64,000 nucleotides of DNA from Ramazzottius varieornatus (taxonomy: Eukaryota; Animalia; Tardigrada): positions 62,001-126,000 of the forward strand of contig BDGG01000002.1 of assembly GCA_001949185.1 (NCBI GenBank), in the 5' to 3' direction. A model generated the notes under the pieces. The model was given only the letters and a program-made list of their open reading frames with translations. It was not told where the DNA came from and searched no databases. The position numbers and the translations under genes are program-made. Below, in pieces: positions 23,038-36,223 of the stretch. The stretch's first letter is position 1. The number at the start of each line of letters is the position of its first letter.

Positions 23038-24423
23038 ATGAGGTTACCCTCGACCTTGCTCATTTCAGCTATCGTACTAGTCCTTGGGAGTTTCTCTGGT
23101 AAGTCAACCTGCTGCACTGTCGTGATTGGAATGGAGGCAAACAAGCTGGAAAGGATCGTTACACCAGGTGGCGCACGCTTGCAGCCAACAGCCCTAAGAA
23201 ACTGAAAACGTGCGCTACTGGGGGAAAAAATCTTGTCCAGTTTGTTGGCAGAGCTGACTGTTTCTAAGACTTTGTGCTGTTTGACAGACTTCTCAGAAGG
23301 AAGACGAGGAGGCGGATTTGGCGGTTTCCGAGGTGGTGGAGGCTTCCGTGGCGGATATGGCGGATATAGTAGGCGGTATGGTGGCTATGGCGGATTTAAC
23401 GGCGGCCTGGGTAGGCTGACAGTGTGAGATGTAGACTAACAATGGATTTACGCCAGTCGGTCCACTCCAACTATAAAAGCAATAAGATGGAAAAATAGAA
23501 AAGGGTTCACTCCATAAAACAGAGCAGACGTTATCGGCAGAACTAATTCCTGGACGCCACTGCGAAATTCGGGAACAGAGGAACTATTGTCGTACTCTAG
23601 CGTACAAGTCTGGTGCGATCACGTAATACTCTTGATTGAGACTTTTTCATTGACAATGAGGCGAACAGCTGATCGGGATGACGCAGTTGCCGCTGCAAAT
23701 CGCGTACCTTGAAGTACTACAGCTACGAGACAGCATGCTGTCTGGCGAACCACACACACTCTTCGCCGATCAGCTGATCGCCTCCTTGTCAATCAGGAAT
23801 CAAATTAAAGTGCATTACGTCAAAGCGGTTTGGTTACGTCATTGGGACGGAGCCGTACGGCCTGCCTCTGTTTATACAGTGAACTCTCATCTACTTATAT
23901 AACGAATTGGTTTAAGAGTTGGAGTGGACCGACTGGCGTAAACCCCTTGTGAGCCTGACTGATTGTCCTGTCGATCTTGTTGCAGGCCTGGGTTTGGGCC
24001 TAGGCTTGGGCCTTGGAGGTTTCGGCTATAGCTACGGCTACGGCATAGGCTATCCGTTCTTCGGCGGTCTCGGCTTGGGAGGTCTGTACGGCGGCTTCGG
24101 AGGACTGAGTGGATATGGCGGCTACGGGGGATATGGATATGACAACGTCTTCAACAATGGCTACAATAACGGTATGTTCGCTACGTAGTGGCGCCTCCCC
24201 GAGAACTCTTTGTGCCTGCATGGTCAACTTGTCTGAATTAAGGACCTCATCGTCACTGCTCTTTTCAGGATACCGAAACAACAATGGCTACAATAATAAC
24301 AACAACAACTACAGAAGGAATAACAACGTCCGAAATAACAACGACGATGACAAGGACGACAACACCAACCGCAACCAGCGAAGGAGAAGCAAGAACAGGC
24401 GCGACGACGATAACTCCATCTGA
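23038..24423 (+). CDS. Secreted Gly/Tyr-rich low-complexity protein with Asn/Arg/Asp-rich tail; exons ~23038-23098, 23289-23410, 23986-24171, 24269-24423
   Basis: Signal peptide MRLPSTLLISAIVLVLGSFS, GGFGG/YGGYGG repeats, GLGLGL, tail YNNNNNNYRRNNN..RRDDDNSI*; all introns phase 1 GT-AG. Confidence 0.85.
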
Positions 24424-24922
24424 CATCAAAGCCACCGCCGAAGTCAAGACTAGGCTTTGAAGCAGTACTAGTACTAACCTTAGGTCGACAAGTCAAATTA
24501 TATTTCGATGGCAGTTGCAGTGCCCTGCACAATCATGCATTTACAGTCACATCTGGCACGGTGAAGAGCTGTAACTGGTATCGAGCGTTGTGCTGTGTTA
24601 CCTGTCACAACTGTGCTGATTTCGTCTTTCTTCCAACGTGACACATACCCATTAAAACCAATGTCAAGCTGTACATAAAACATACATACAAAACAGTCTC
24701 GTCTGGATCGGCCATTGGAAGGCATTAGTGAGTATTCGTCCGGCGCTTACGATCACGAATTCGATGCAATCGCAATAGAAATCGCACCGTCTTCGCATCG
24801 TAAACTGCTCTGTGTGTTCGGTCGAAGCAAAATGACGTCAGGACGATCAATGTTCGCTTCGCTTTTGTCCATTTTCATTCCCGATTTCTTTCCTACCATT
24901 TTCATTTGTATTCCTTTTCAAG

Positions 24923-26072
24923 ATGGAGCTTCGCAATTTGTATGCTCTTCTTTTCGATAAACATATCTCATACAAGCAGTTTATCGTCCTGCGACGGCGT
25001 ATACGCAAAAGCAAAGCCTTGGAAGAAGACGCTTGGAAGGAAGAAGCCTTCGAATTGGATCGCTACAGCGAGAAAGAATGTCGATTCTACTTTCGGTTCA
25101 AACGGGAACATCTGGACCAGCTGCTAAATGTATTACGATTTCCCAAAGTCGTTAAAACATCTAGTAAAGACTCAGCCTCAGGAATCGAGGCCTTGTGTAT
25201 TGTTCTGCGAAGACTGACTTATCCAAACCGATGGATGGAGCTACGGAAGATGTTCGGTCGTTCCCAAGGATGTCTTCTCGGCTGTTCTACACCACTCTAC
25301 GGATCATCGACAAGTCTTCTTCTGTGTTACGAACGTGGGACCATAAATGGCTGAAGGAAGAAGACTTCGAACAATTTACTTTTTCCATTGCAAAAAAAGG
25401 TGGGCCAGGAGTAGTGTCAGATGTGTTTGGTTTCATCGACGGAACAGCCAGGGCTGTTTGCCGGCTGAAACTCTTCCAGCGACATATGTTCAGCGGGAAC
25501 AACAAATTTACTGCACAAAATGGCAGTCAGTTGTGATTCCCAATGGTAAACGTATACGCATTTATTCAAATCAGAGAAAACTTTATCGACCGAAAGTGGT
25601 GTTCACTTTCTATGTTTGCAGGATTGATCGTGAATTTGTACGGTGGTCAAAGGGGCTCCATGCATGACAGTCGCTTGCTGAACGAAAGCAGGATCTTGGA
25701 TAATCTACAGGAAAAGCAAAGTGGATTCCTACGAAGGTATGTCTTGTATGGTGACAGCGGATACACGAAGAAGAATGGAGTCCTGCACAAGCCGTTTTCC
25801 CGAGTCGAAATTAGGAACTCACGCTTCAAGAAAGAACACAACACGCTGATGTCAACGCTTCGACAGAATGGAACTTCAAAGAAGTTGTCAAGAATTTTGC
25901 TTTTGTTGACTTTCGAAAACAAATGAAGATGTACGAGAAGCCAGTGAATACCCTCTACCGTGTTGCTGTTGTACTTACTAACTGCCATAACTGCTTGTAC
26001 CCAAACCAAACAAGTAGATATTTTGATTTAGAGCCTCCGACGTTGTTCGAGTACTTGTCGAGCGTACCGTGA
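24923..26072 (+). pseudogene. HARBI1/DDE_Tnp_4-type transposase, frameshifted
   Basis: FYFRFKREHL, EALCIVLRRLTYPNRW, FGFIDGTARAVCR, KWQSVVIPNG|LIVNLYG..GSMHDSRLL, LYGDSGY, LLTNCHNCLYPNQTSRYFDLEPPTL; frame changes near 25275, 25500, 25865; intron ~25546-25621. Confidence 0.9.
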
Positions 26073-26226
26073 GAAAGTCTGTTACTGGCAGTTCAAATCA
26101 CGTATCCATATTCAAATGCTAATTCAAATCGTATTCGCCAGCTATGTTTGTATTGAGAAAGTACACTTGACCATCGGAGAGCACTGGACGATCAGCACCA
26201 AAGCGTAATCGCGTAATCAAGGATAA

Positions 26227-27273
26227 TCAAAACTCCAGCGGAGGGTATAACTTCTTACATCCCATTTCGATACGAAACCTTTCGATCTCAAGCTCTTTTT
26301 CGCGCAGTTCCAGCTTTTTGGCTTCTAGGTCATACACTCTCTTTGACTCGGCTTCCTTGAAAGCATATTTGCGCTTAGCAGTCTCCTCGAACAGCTTGAT
26401 GAACTTGTCATCCGACACTTCCATTTTCGACGGCTTACTAGGACGCGACGTTCGACGTTTCTTCGGTTTGTTTTCACCGTTCTCGGCCTTTTCGTCAGCT
26501 TCAGCTCGCTTATTCTCCCGGTAGTCCTTCTCCGTTTCCCAATCCTGCTCATCGCCTCCCATCTCTCGAAGAAATTCTTCCTTTTCTGCTTCATCTGCCC
26601 AAAACAAACCAAAATAGAAGCGTATACGCAGTGATTCGCAGATGGATCGTTGCAGCCGACTTAAAAAATTTGCACACGACGTCATCTTCCGCCCATCATT
26701 GCCAGAGTAATACTCTCATGTACTATGACGTCCTGTGCAGCTAGTCAAGCTTACCATCCAAATTATCAGCTGCTTTGTTGCGTCTCCCCGAACGGCCTTT
26801 CTCCCCCTCCACCATTATAGCTTCACCTGCGTAGTCGCGTTCCTTACTTTTGAAAGCTTCGGCTTGCGTTTTGGTATCTTTCTGCTTCTTAGAGTCATCT
26901 ATAGCAGCGACGACTCGATTCAGCAATTCGGCGATGCGACCATACTGCTCTTCTGTTCCGGACTTCACCTTCTTCTTCAGACCATCACCACGGAAGGCTG
27001 TTACTAGGGTGTTCACTCGGTTGATAACGGCTCTGCTGTCTAGAGGCTTCTCGAAGATCTAGAACGAGAAACGCGTGTACGATGTAGGCAGGGTATACAA
27101 CGTGTTGCGCGAGGAAAGCTTACCTTCGCCTGGTTCAAGGTTCGTGTAATTTCCTCTCAGACTGCCGAAGGCCTGCTGGCAAAGTACGGATTCTTGGAGT
27201 CCACAAGGTCCAAGAGATCCAGATCATGGATAGCCTTGAAGAAGTCCTTAGTGGAGGGTGATTCCTTTGCCAT
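26227..27273 (-). pseudogene. Second transposon ORF (putative DNA-binding, coiled-coil C-terminus), spliced, with in-frame TGA
   Basis: MAKESPSTKDFFKAIHDLDLLDLVDSKNPYF..SAV*EEI, then KSGTEEQYGRIAELL and RVYDLEAKKLELREKELEIER; lies between the TIRs. Confidence 0.7.
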
Positions 27274-28098
27274 TTTGGCTGAGGATCATAAGCGCCAGGA
27301 TAAATTCTCGAAGACTAGAAGAAACTGGATGCAAAGGAACACAAATGCGTATACGCCGTCCAAACTTTTGCTAAAGTGCGGAGGCCGCAGAAGACAAGCT
27401 TACGTAGCGATACAGGCTCGCGGAACGGGTGACTGGTGATTCCAACAGGAATTGACCCTCTGTTACTAGATTTAACTTTCCATCACTCAGCGTAACTCTC
27501 TGGACTACCAGAGAGTGTCAAACTAAAGAGGAATGTTTTCTCTTTAAAATGATACCAAGATGAGCCATGAGGCGGTTGTAGGAGTGGATCGATAGCCATC
27601 CAAAGTTCATGACGATACTTTGGCAAAGTATCGTCAAACGATAGCTTGACGGTTACGAAAAAGGCACTCTCCACCCATTTTTGATGACGTGGAGGAGCCA
27701 TCGTCGTTGTATCGTAATCGTCAGCGTCGGACGAATACTCACTATTGGTGCGAACATGTGCGCGGTTGTGGTCAGCGACCGGAGACGCAATGCTTTCGTT
27801 CTATCATTGATCCGCTAAAGACAGTCTTACGATCCAAAGAATATAACTGATATAAACTTGTACAGTAGGGTGACTGCGATCATTTGGGTGTTTAGCTGAC
27901 AACGATTTAAAAAAGCATGCCAAGGCATTCCACCTATGGCACCTTAATTTTGACTGCTGAGTCAGTATAAAACAGACGGTGCGGTCAAGAGAGAGGCTGG
28001 GCAGCAGTCGATGCTAGTGGGAGACGTCAGAAAGAGAATTAATGTACAGTAGGTAAGAAAAAGAAATTTGGTGAAGATGCAGACGGTGGTGTTTTTGG

Positions 28099-29217
28099 TC
28101 AAGTTGGTACGGAAGCGAAGCGACCGTTGACCTTGGCATGTATGCGGTGAAACTCGTCATTGAGGGGAGGATAGCGCAGACCGCCTTCCTCGGCCAAGGC
28201 ATGCTCATACTCTTTCAAGCGACGCGCCCGCTTCTCCAGCTCTCGCTCCAGGTCCGAGCGGTTGCGTACCTTCTCCTCCTCCAGCTGCTTCTTGTACATT
28301 TGCTCCTTCATCTTCTCCATGGCTTTGCTCAGTTCGCTCTTCTGCCCCAACACATTAATACCCCTGCAAGTCAAAACGAAGATGCAGTCAAGCTAACCTC
28401 CATCAAAGCCCCTTGACCACAGCATCGGCAAACCCACATCTTGTTGTTGAATTTCAGTTCCCTTTGTAGCTCGCGCAGATCGCGGTTCTCTTTGGCAGGG
28501 TTGGGCGCCTTCCGAGGGGAGATGAGTTGAAGAGGCTCCAGCGACTGTTTGGAGGAGCCATCTGATTCTTCGCACTCACAATCGCTGCTCATATCTGCAA
28601 GTAAAATGCAGCAATGTCATTGTAACTTGCAACCAGTACAACCAGGAAGTACTTTCGACCCAATCAAACCATTCAAGGATGGGAAATTTATGACTAGTGC
28701 TTTCCAATATTATTTTGATGATACGGAAAACAGCGGACCAAGTGTTTCCGGTATGGGCAATGGAAATTGACGGTGATTTAGTGTTGAAGGACAAAGTGAT
28801 GCCAAGTCGGAGCCACGAGCGGCAGGTCAATATTAATTTTGACGAGGATGCCTCTTGACGAAGGACATGTCTGTGCTTTGTGGCAAGAACACGTAAGGTA
28901 AGCAACAGCCTTAAAAGATCTTTACCTGACCGTTCGTCAGATGGGTCAAAGTAATGCAGCGGAGGTCTGCTTTGTTGGTTCAAGAAGCTGACTCGCTGAT
29001 TATGAGCATTACGGTTATGATGGACAGGTGGCTGAACTGGGACGATATTCTCCTGCTGGTCAAGCTGCCCATCGTCCGACCGAGCTCTACTACCCTTGCC
29101 AGATGCTCGCCTCTTCTTGAATCCACCATAACGTTTACTCTTCTTGCTATCATGAACCTTCTGGCTCTCGACCGGCAGAGGGCCGCACGACGTCAATAAA
29201 GATGGCGAATTGCCCAT
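28099..29217 (-). CDS. FAM107B: FAM107/DUF1151 (DRR1/HITS-like) protein; exons ~29217-28926, 28594-28438, 28363-28099; likely alternative first exons further upstream
   Basis: LISPRKAPNPAKENRDLRELQRELKFNNKM|GINVLGQKSELSKAMEK..SDLERELEKRARRLKEYE..EFHRIHAKV. Confidence 0.88.
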
Positions 29218-32200
29218 TCCAAAAGAGCTTGTAGGTTTCTTCGATTAGGGCCTCAACAATCAATCAGCGCCATAACTACAATTACGATCATATTCAGAAG
29301 GCAATCAAGTAATCAGTTGAATATTTCAGGCAGATCACCAATCACACCATGTCCCACTGCAAATCAAACGATAATGCTGTTGCACAATGACTGGGACAAG
29401 AGCTCCTGCCTCCGCAAAAACGATGCTTCAGTCCCCTTATAGAAACCGTGGAACGAAGAAAAGTTGAACAGTTTCAATCCCTCATGTCGGCTGCAGCCTT
29501 CTGCCACACGGTGATTTCGACAATTAACTCAGAAGTCAAGTCTGATATGGCCAAAGAGTAATGGTCGATCAAATACGGTGGACAGACTGGCCGGAAACAT
29601 CATTAATTCGCTGACGGAGGCGCGGTTAGATCGAAGATCAAGTTTAAAGAGAAATCATTCTATGTCACAGCAAAGAGTTGTGCGGTCCTTGCTGACTAAA
29701 AAGAACAAGGGCAAAAAGAGTGAGGTTAGGCCGCACTGTGGTTCCAAGAATGCTCTGAGTGAGCAGTCACGCAGAGATATTTTCTTCGAGCTGGTCGACA
29801 CCTAAAAAACAAGACGTGTAGATACGTCTACGAAAAGAGAAGTCAATCTTCAGGCTCAAGAAAGCGTGTATCTCTGCTGGCCAGATGGATCGGAAAGAAA
29901 GCCTAGCTGAAAGGTGAAACCATGCTTGTCGTACAGTAATTACGCCCCAGGAAACCCAGCCTTACGCAAGTCAGATCATCTTCAACAGTTATCACGCCAC
30001 CAAATCAAAACCATCAGACATCCACTCCCCAAAAATGGACGTCGGTTTCAAAGGAGGTAAGGTTTTAAGCTTTGAGCCTCCACTTTGCTAAAACAGCTGG
30101 CGATCATTGTTGCCGACAAAGTCAGGAACAGCCTAGTGCGCCCCTTGATCCGAGTGACACAAGGTGCGCTTCGGCTTCTTGAGCCACTTTCTCTCTCCCT
30201 ATCTCTTTCCAAACTTGGCCAGGAAATCTTGGAGAGCTACAGATGTCTCAACTGTGCTCGAATAGCTGGTGAAGGAAGTGACTATCAAGCTTTGTTCAAA
30301 ATTGCGACGGGAGTGGGGGACTGTGACAGAGTCATTTTGGAGATTTGTCCGGGCTGGCTGAGAGGCGCCACGGTCTGCCGCTGCTCCGTAATTGTGCTGC
30401 CTCGCTCGCCATCGGCAGCGTTGAAGCGAGTGCTTCTTTGGCCATGTTGTCAGCTTGATCAGCGCTAAAGTCTAGTCGAGTGCATCAACGGGGATAATTT
30501 GTTTCATAGTATCAACCTTGACTTGTCCAACATAATTTCAGCAAGCAACCAACCGGTTGCATGGCCAGTTGTAAACAGCAAATTAGCCGGCCTGAATCAA
30601 CAAGCACAAGGACTTTCTCATCAGCATTTCCACAATCGACGGCAACCCAAGAAGCAAAGACTAACTTAGTATACTCGGCGGTTACGCAACGGTGGATAAA
30701 GGAAAGCTGATGAAATGATCAAGTCGTAAAGGAGAGAATTACCTTCTTCCAAAGTCCGCATTTACAGACTTGCGGACACACCTGTGCTCTAATCGCAGAT
30801 GACATACGCAACACCTTGCTCGACTGCTTCATGGGCTTATTTTACATCATGTGATAATTATCACACTTTCATCACACCAACGACACATGCTTTCCCAGCC
30901 TCGGGGCCGCCGCAGGAGAGAACTACATATTTTTGGGCCAAAATTGCACAAACTTTCAAAGTGTCATCATCCATCAGTACCATGACCCAAGTTAATCAAT
31001 TGTGGAATGTTCTTTTCCTTTTCCAAAAGCTATTTGAGAACAACAGACTCCTAGTCATATCTAATGGTAGTAGTACCTGTGCCACACCGTTGGAGTACTG
31101 TATATTTTCCGACGATCAGGGCACAAAAATGCCCGCAGTAAGATTCCAAATTCGATCACAACAATAATTACTCTAGTCTTTAGTAACGTCACTGCTGACG
31201 AAATTCAGGTATGATTCACGTGATAAACTTAATTCAGGGGAGAAAGAGACAGAGGCAAGGGAATGGTTTGGTTGGGTTTGTGCTTCGTCTCGAACTGTCA
31301 GTCTATGACTGACTTGGACATGAAACTGGACAATAGTGAAGTAATAACGAATGTTGATAGCTGTTGTAGGGCCCGGGTTATTTGATTTCTTAGGCAGTCC
31401 TTCAGCGCCGCTTGTAAAGCATACAGCGGCAGGCCAAGAGCGCTACTTGAAGGACCACTTAATTCCTTCCCCATCCGGCCATACGGGCCATGCCTGCTGT
31501 CCACTAGGCCCGATGCCGTTAGTCCAGTTCGTCAGCCGCTTTCTTTCAAGACAGCCACCAGGTCCAACCGGTTGTGAAGAAAGGCCCCCCAAACATGTGC
31601 CCAAGACGGTCAAGACGCTAGCTAGCTGTTGTCAGCAATGGATTAATTCTTCGACCCATTCGCGCTGTCTAACTAAAGGCTAATGCACGGTTCACCACTT
31701 ATATTTCTATGGTCGACTGGTCAACAGTCACGGTCACATTACACATCCCAACGCACACTCAGTTTCCTCCTTGACCAACATCGCCAAAAATGCCGCTTAC
31801 TGACTGTCTTTGCCACTGGCAAATTCAATCTTCAAAAGTTGAGTAACGTCAATTTGAATAGTTTTGAAACTTTCCAGTCATGACTAAATTCGCAATGATC
31901 AAGAAGTAGCGGACACATTAATGCAACTCGACAGTCGTACCTTGGCTTTCCTCTTGGGAAGCTTGTCCTTTCAAAGAGATTCTCCGTCCGAGTTCTTGGT
32001 GCATCTGTTGGAAGATGGTCACTGTTGGCGGAGGCGCAGCATCGGGTGTCTTGTCCATCGGCGGGAAGTCTTGTAGGCTCATTTCGGTGGCGATCCAAGT
32101 GGACTGCGGCTGCCAGCTCTGTGGGCTCAAGTACAGCTGCTTTGCCATCCTTCTAATTCGCAGCAGATCTGTCAAGAGAATATTAGTCAAAAATTCATAG

Positions 32201-33301
32201 GTAGGCCAATAGTGCGAACAGCAAAAGATACGATCATTTTAGTGGAGCGTGGAGAGCTTTCAAAAATGTTGGAGTGGGTACTTGGCTGGCTACGACTCAG
32301 CGAGGGAGCGTTTGAAAGGAACTGATGCAATGGTTCGTCACATTGATTGTGCGGCGAACAAAGTCCCTCAAGTGGGCGCGTGATTGCAAATATACAACAA
32401 ACACCAACAAAGTATGGCTCTGACAATGAGTACAGTACTTGCAGTAGCAGGCAAGACGATATTACATGCACACAATGGACAATCGCAAGCCGAAAACCAA
32501 ACAAGAGCGACAGAGGCAAACCACGGTCAAGAAAAAAATGAAAGCTCAGATATTGCCGCAGCCTGGCTTTTGTATTATTTGTGAGGTGCTGCGCATGTGA
32601 AATGGGGACAGGGAAGTGATGGAGGCGAACGGAAATAAACGAAGGAGTTGTTGAGCTGGGCAAGCGTAGCCTCGATCAGGCTGATGCAAAGAGCGTCACT
32701 GTCCACTTTGCCAAGTCCAGCAAGACACATGACAGGGTTTCCTGCCTGGCCAGCCAACAGACACAGCCACACAAAGGACCAGCTGCAAGTTTCAAGTGTC
32801 GCTTCGTACGCTGCTCGATGGACATGGTGCTGCCCAGAATAACTGATGGAAACAGTGCTGCACCTTGAGCCAGAAATGTCGCACACGTAGCCGCGACAGT
32901 CACTTGGTCCACATTACCGTACACCTACGTCTCTGCAATGTTCACGCTTTACTCAACAGTCAACAACAACCCAACAAAAGAACACCAACATGGGGAAGGG
33001 CCTTGCTCTCTACAGAGCCCGCGAAAGGAAACAGCATTGAGGTCCTTCTTTCTGTCACAGCCACTTTTGATCTCATTTCCAAAAGCTGTTATTCTAAAAT
33101 TCACTGATTTTAGCAACGAGTCTGTTTTCGTAAAAAAATGAAAGATAAACAAGGATGTACTGCACCAGCGAGATAAAGGCGAGTAGATGCCGACCGTGTT
33201 CCTATACAAGTGTCAGAGACTGGTGAATCGTTATATCGTACCGTAAACTTGATGAGAGAAGAGTGGAAGAGGAAAGCGAGATGGAGGAGAAGTCAGAAGC
33301 A

Positions 33302-35265
33302 TCAGGAGTACTTTTCTCTCCCCTTCTTGACGCTGTCGAGAAATCTCTTGAATGACTCCTCTTCCCTGTTGTCATCGTCCCCTACAACCCACATATAACT
33401 TTTTGTAGTGCACTGGTTAGAAAAGGCTGGAAAGGAGAAAAACAAGAGACATGTTGTCAGCGAACAGAAGCGGCCTTCTTCAAGTCCGACGGGAGAGACA
33501 AGTCGATACCGTAAATAATGTGCATACCGTTTTGCTCTTGACTGCCTCGCCCCTCATCGGGATCGTTGAAGACACCCACTGACACAGCTTCCTTCCTGGC
33601 TTGGTGCAGTGGGGTGGTCAAAGTACTTGCCGATGAGGTTTCCAGCACTTCTTGCTTCAGCCTCTCCAAGCGCGCAGCCGCTCTCTGCTGCTTCATTTTA
33701 CGCTGTCAACATAGGCCGTCCGTGAACAGTTATTATCGTATTTATCCTTATCATTTAATACCTTCACCCGCCCTGTCTTTAAAGAGGAACCTGTCAATAT
33801 TGAAGTGAAACTGACCTGTTCCTCTTTCATCTTCTCCAGCTCGGGCTTATAGTCTCTGTTATACTCCTCTATCGACTCGTTTACGGCTTTGAACAACTGC
33901 GGTAATCCTTCGCCGCTCCTCGCAGAAACAGGAACTGTCTGGAATGCAATAAAGAAATCTCGTCAGGAAACTTCACTTGGTTTTGTAGGAGGAACTTGAG
34001 TACCTTGATGGCACCATAGAATTCTTCGAGAATTAGGCCGAGGGACCTTGACAGGTTGCCGGCATAGGATTTCTCCTGCTCCACCGCCAAGTCGAAGGCC
34101 TCAAAGTCCGTTATCCACCTCAGGACTCCAGTTGGATCGATGAGGTCGACTTTATTGAGGGCTATGACAAAGGGCAGCTTGCTTTTGTAGAGTATGCTGC
34201 AGGCATAGAGCATGTTGGACATGAAGGTAATGGGGCTGCTGCCGGTCAACACGTCCATCACGTAGACGACCACCGTCGGGAAGGCATCGGCCTACAAAGA
34301 CAACCATACTGTCCTATACAAACTTTGAACTTTCTGCCAGCAAGTGTTGGGGATATTTCCAGCCTACCAAAGCCTCAGTAATGATGGCACCGGAAGCTGA
34401 CCAGGTGAAGACTTCGATTTGCCCAGGTGTATCAAAGACCATGTACTCCACTTGTTGCTTCCGCTTCTCTAAAAGCTCCAGAACGCCGGAAAACTTGGTC
34501 GTGAAGAGATTCAGCGATGTGATGATACCACCGTTTGGACCCAAGCCGAACCTACGCAGGAAGCGGAGCAAACAATACGGTAACTATATTTGTCATAACT
34601 GAACTTTCAGTTTCGAAGTCTGCCTCAGACAAGTCCCAGCTAAACCATACTGTTAAACACTCTAGTGAAAGAGAATATCGCCCTACTTCTTCATCACATT
34701 CTTGTAGTTGACGCTGTCCCGAATATCTGCAAGAACAGGTCCAGAAAAGTTCGAGGGTAGAAAAGACTACCAATCACCATACACGCGCCTGATGTAAAAA
34801 ACATAGCTGTTTAAAGAGCCATCTACGGAGTGAGTCCATTATGACGTCATGATCAACCGACAAAAATGCAACACTGCCTGGATTCTCGGCTTTTAGTCTC
34901 TTACCGATGTTAACCTGGTAGGGGATGTGTCGAACTGCAGGATCTAAATTGAGCACGTAAGGAGGAGTCTGCCGAGCAGTCAGGTATGTTTGTATCTTCT
35001 GCACAACAAAAGGCGCTCTTGTATGCTCAGTTTGCGCTGACAAAAGCCAAAGACTTCTTACCTCGACGAATGTTGTCTTCCCCGAGCCGGCCATCCCCAA
35101 GACCAGTAGGCAAGCAGCACCTTGAGTTGTGGCCCCTGAGGAGGCCACTGAGGTATCTCCACCTGCTGCATCAGCCATGTTACATTTCTCCGCCACGGCT
35201 CCCGCCAACTCATCAATGCCAGAGGAGATTTCTCCAGCCGATGGCTTGCTTTTGGACGACGCCAT
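33302..35265 (-). CDS. GPN1: GPN-loop GTPase 1 (XAB1), multi-exon
   Basis: [89 protein letters not shown]. Confidence 0.96.
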
Positions 35266-35383
35266 CTCCTCTTGTCGTCGAAACGCTTCCTACAGCAATT
35301 AAGTTGAAGGCTTCTTAGTATCGATAACAAGTACCCGTTCTGAGGTTCAAAACTTCCCCATTGGCCCAGGTTGTCCTGAGATG

Positions 35384-35840
35384 TATAGAAGGCTCGGCGA
35401 AGCTAAAATATGCCGTTTTAGCCGTTCTTAGCCGTGGCTAAAAATATCTTAGCCGCAGCTAAAGCAGCTAAAATATTCTAGCCACGACTAGAATGTATTG
35501 TGCGTTCGAATGATTTGTTGATGCCAAAACTATTCTGGCCGACTCAACATCAATAAATCAATCGAACGCACAACACATTTTAGCCGTGGCTAAAAATATC
35601 TTAGCCGCAGCTAAAGCAGCTAAAATATTCTAGCCACGACTAGAATGTATTGTGCGTTCGAATGATTTGTTGATGCCAAAACTATTCTGGCCGACTCAAC
35701 ATCAATAAATCAATCGAACGCACAACACATTTTAGCCGTGGCTAAAGGTATTTTAGCTACGTTAGCCGCGGCTGAAATATTTTTAGCCACGGTTAAGAAT
35801 AGCTAAAGCGGTTTATTTTAGCCTCGCCGAGCCTTCTATA
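35384..35840. mobile_element. hAT-type palindromic MITE with exact internal 152-bp tandem duplication
   Basis: TIR tatagaaggctcggcgaagctaaaata / tattttagcctcgccgagccttctata; 8-bp TSD ctgagatg (35376-83, 35841-48); 35428-35579 repeated at 35580-35731. Confidence 0.94.
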
Positions 35841-36223
35841 CTGAGATGGTGTTTCGTCTGAATTCTGGAGGAAGAAACTTTCCCCAGATGATACTTTGTC
35901 AGATACGAGTATCACAAATCAAGAATCAAGTTGGCGGAACTTGCAGCTTCGCCCAGTCACAGGCGTTATCGCCTGGTACTTTCGCTTCGCATAAATCACC
36001 GGTTGTCAAGCATTGATTACAAAGCTGTCTTGATTTGTGACTGATTGGCTACTTGAACTTGAGAATGAGACGATTCATAGTCCGCTGCGCTTCGTACACA
36101 TGTATGGCCGTGTGGTTGTTTTAATGTTTACCTTTCTACGATCTAGTGTCCAGACTCTATGTTCGTCGTGGGAGTTTCCATCATTCCCACTTATGCTTTC
36201 TCTCAATTAGTATTCTGTCCAGG

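Larger units (their letters stand above)
24727..27743. mobile_element. Full-length PIF/Harbinger-superfamily (PHIS, possibly Pangu-like) DNA transposon with two convergent, decayed genes
   Basis: TIR agtgagtattcgtccggcgcttacgatcacga / tcgtaatcgtcagcgtcggacgaatactcact; 3-bp TSD ATT (24724-26, 27744-46). Confidence 0.92.
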
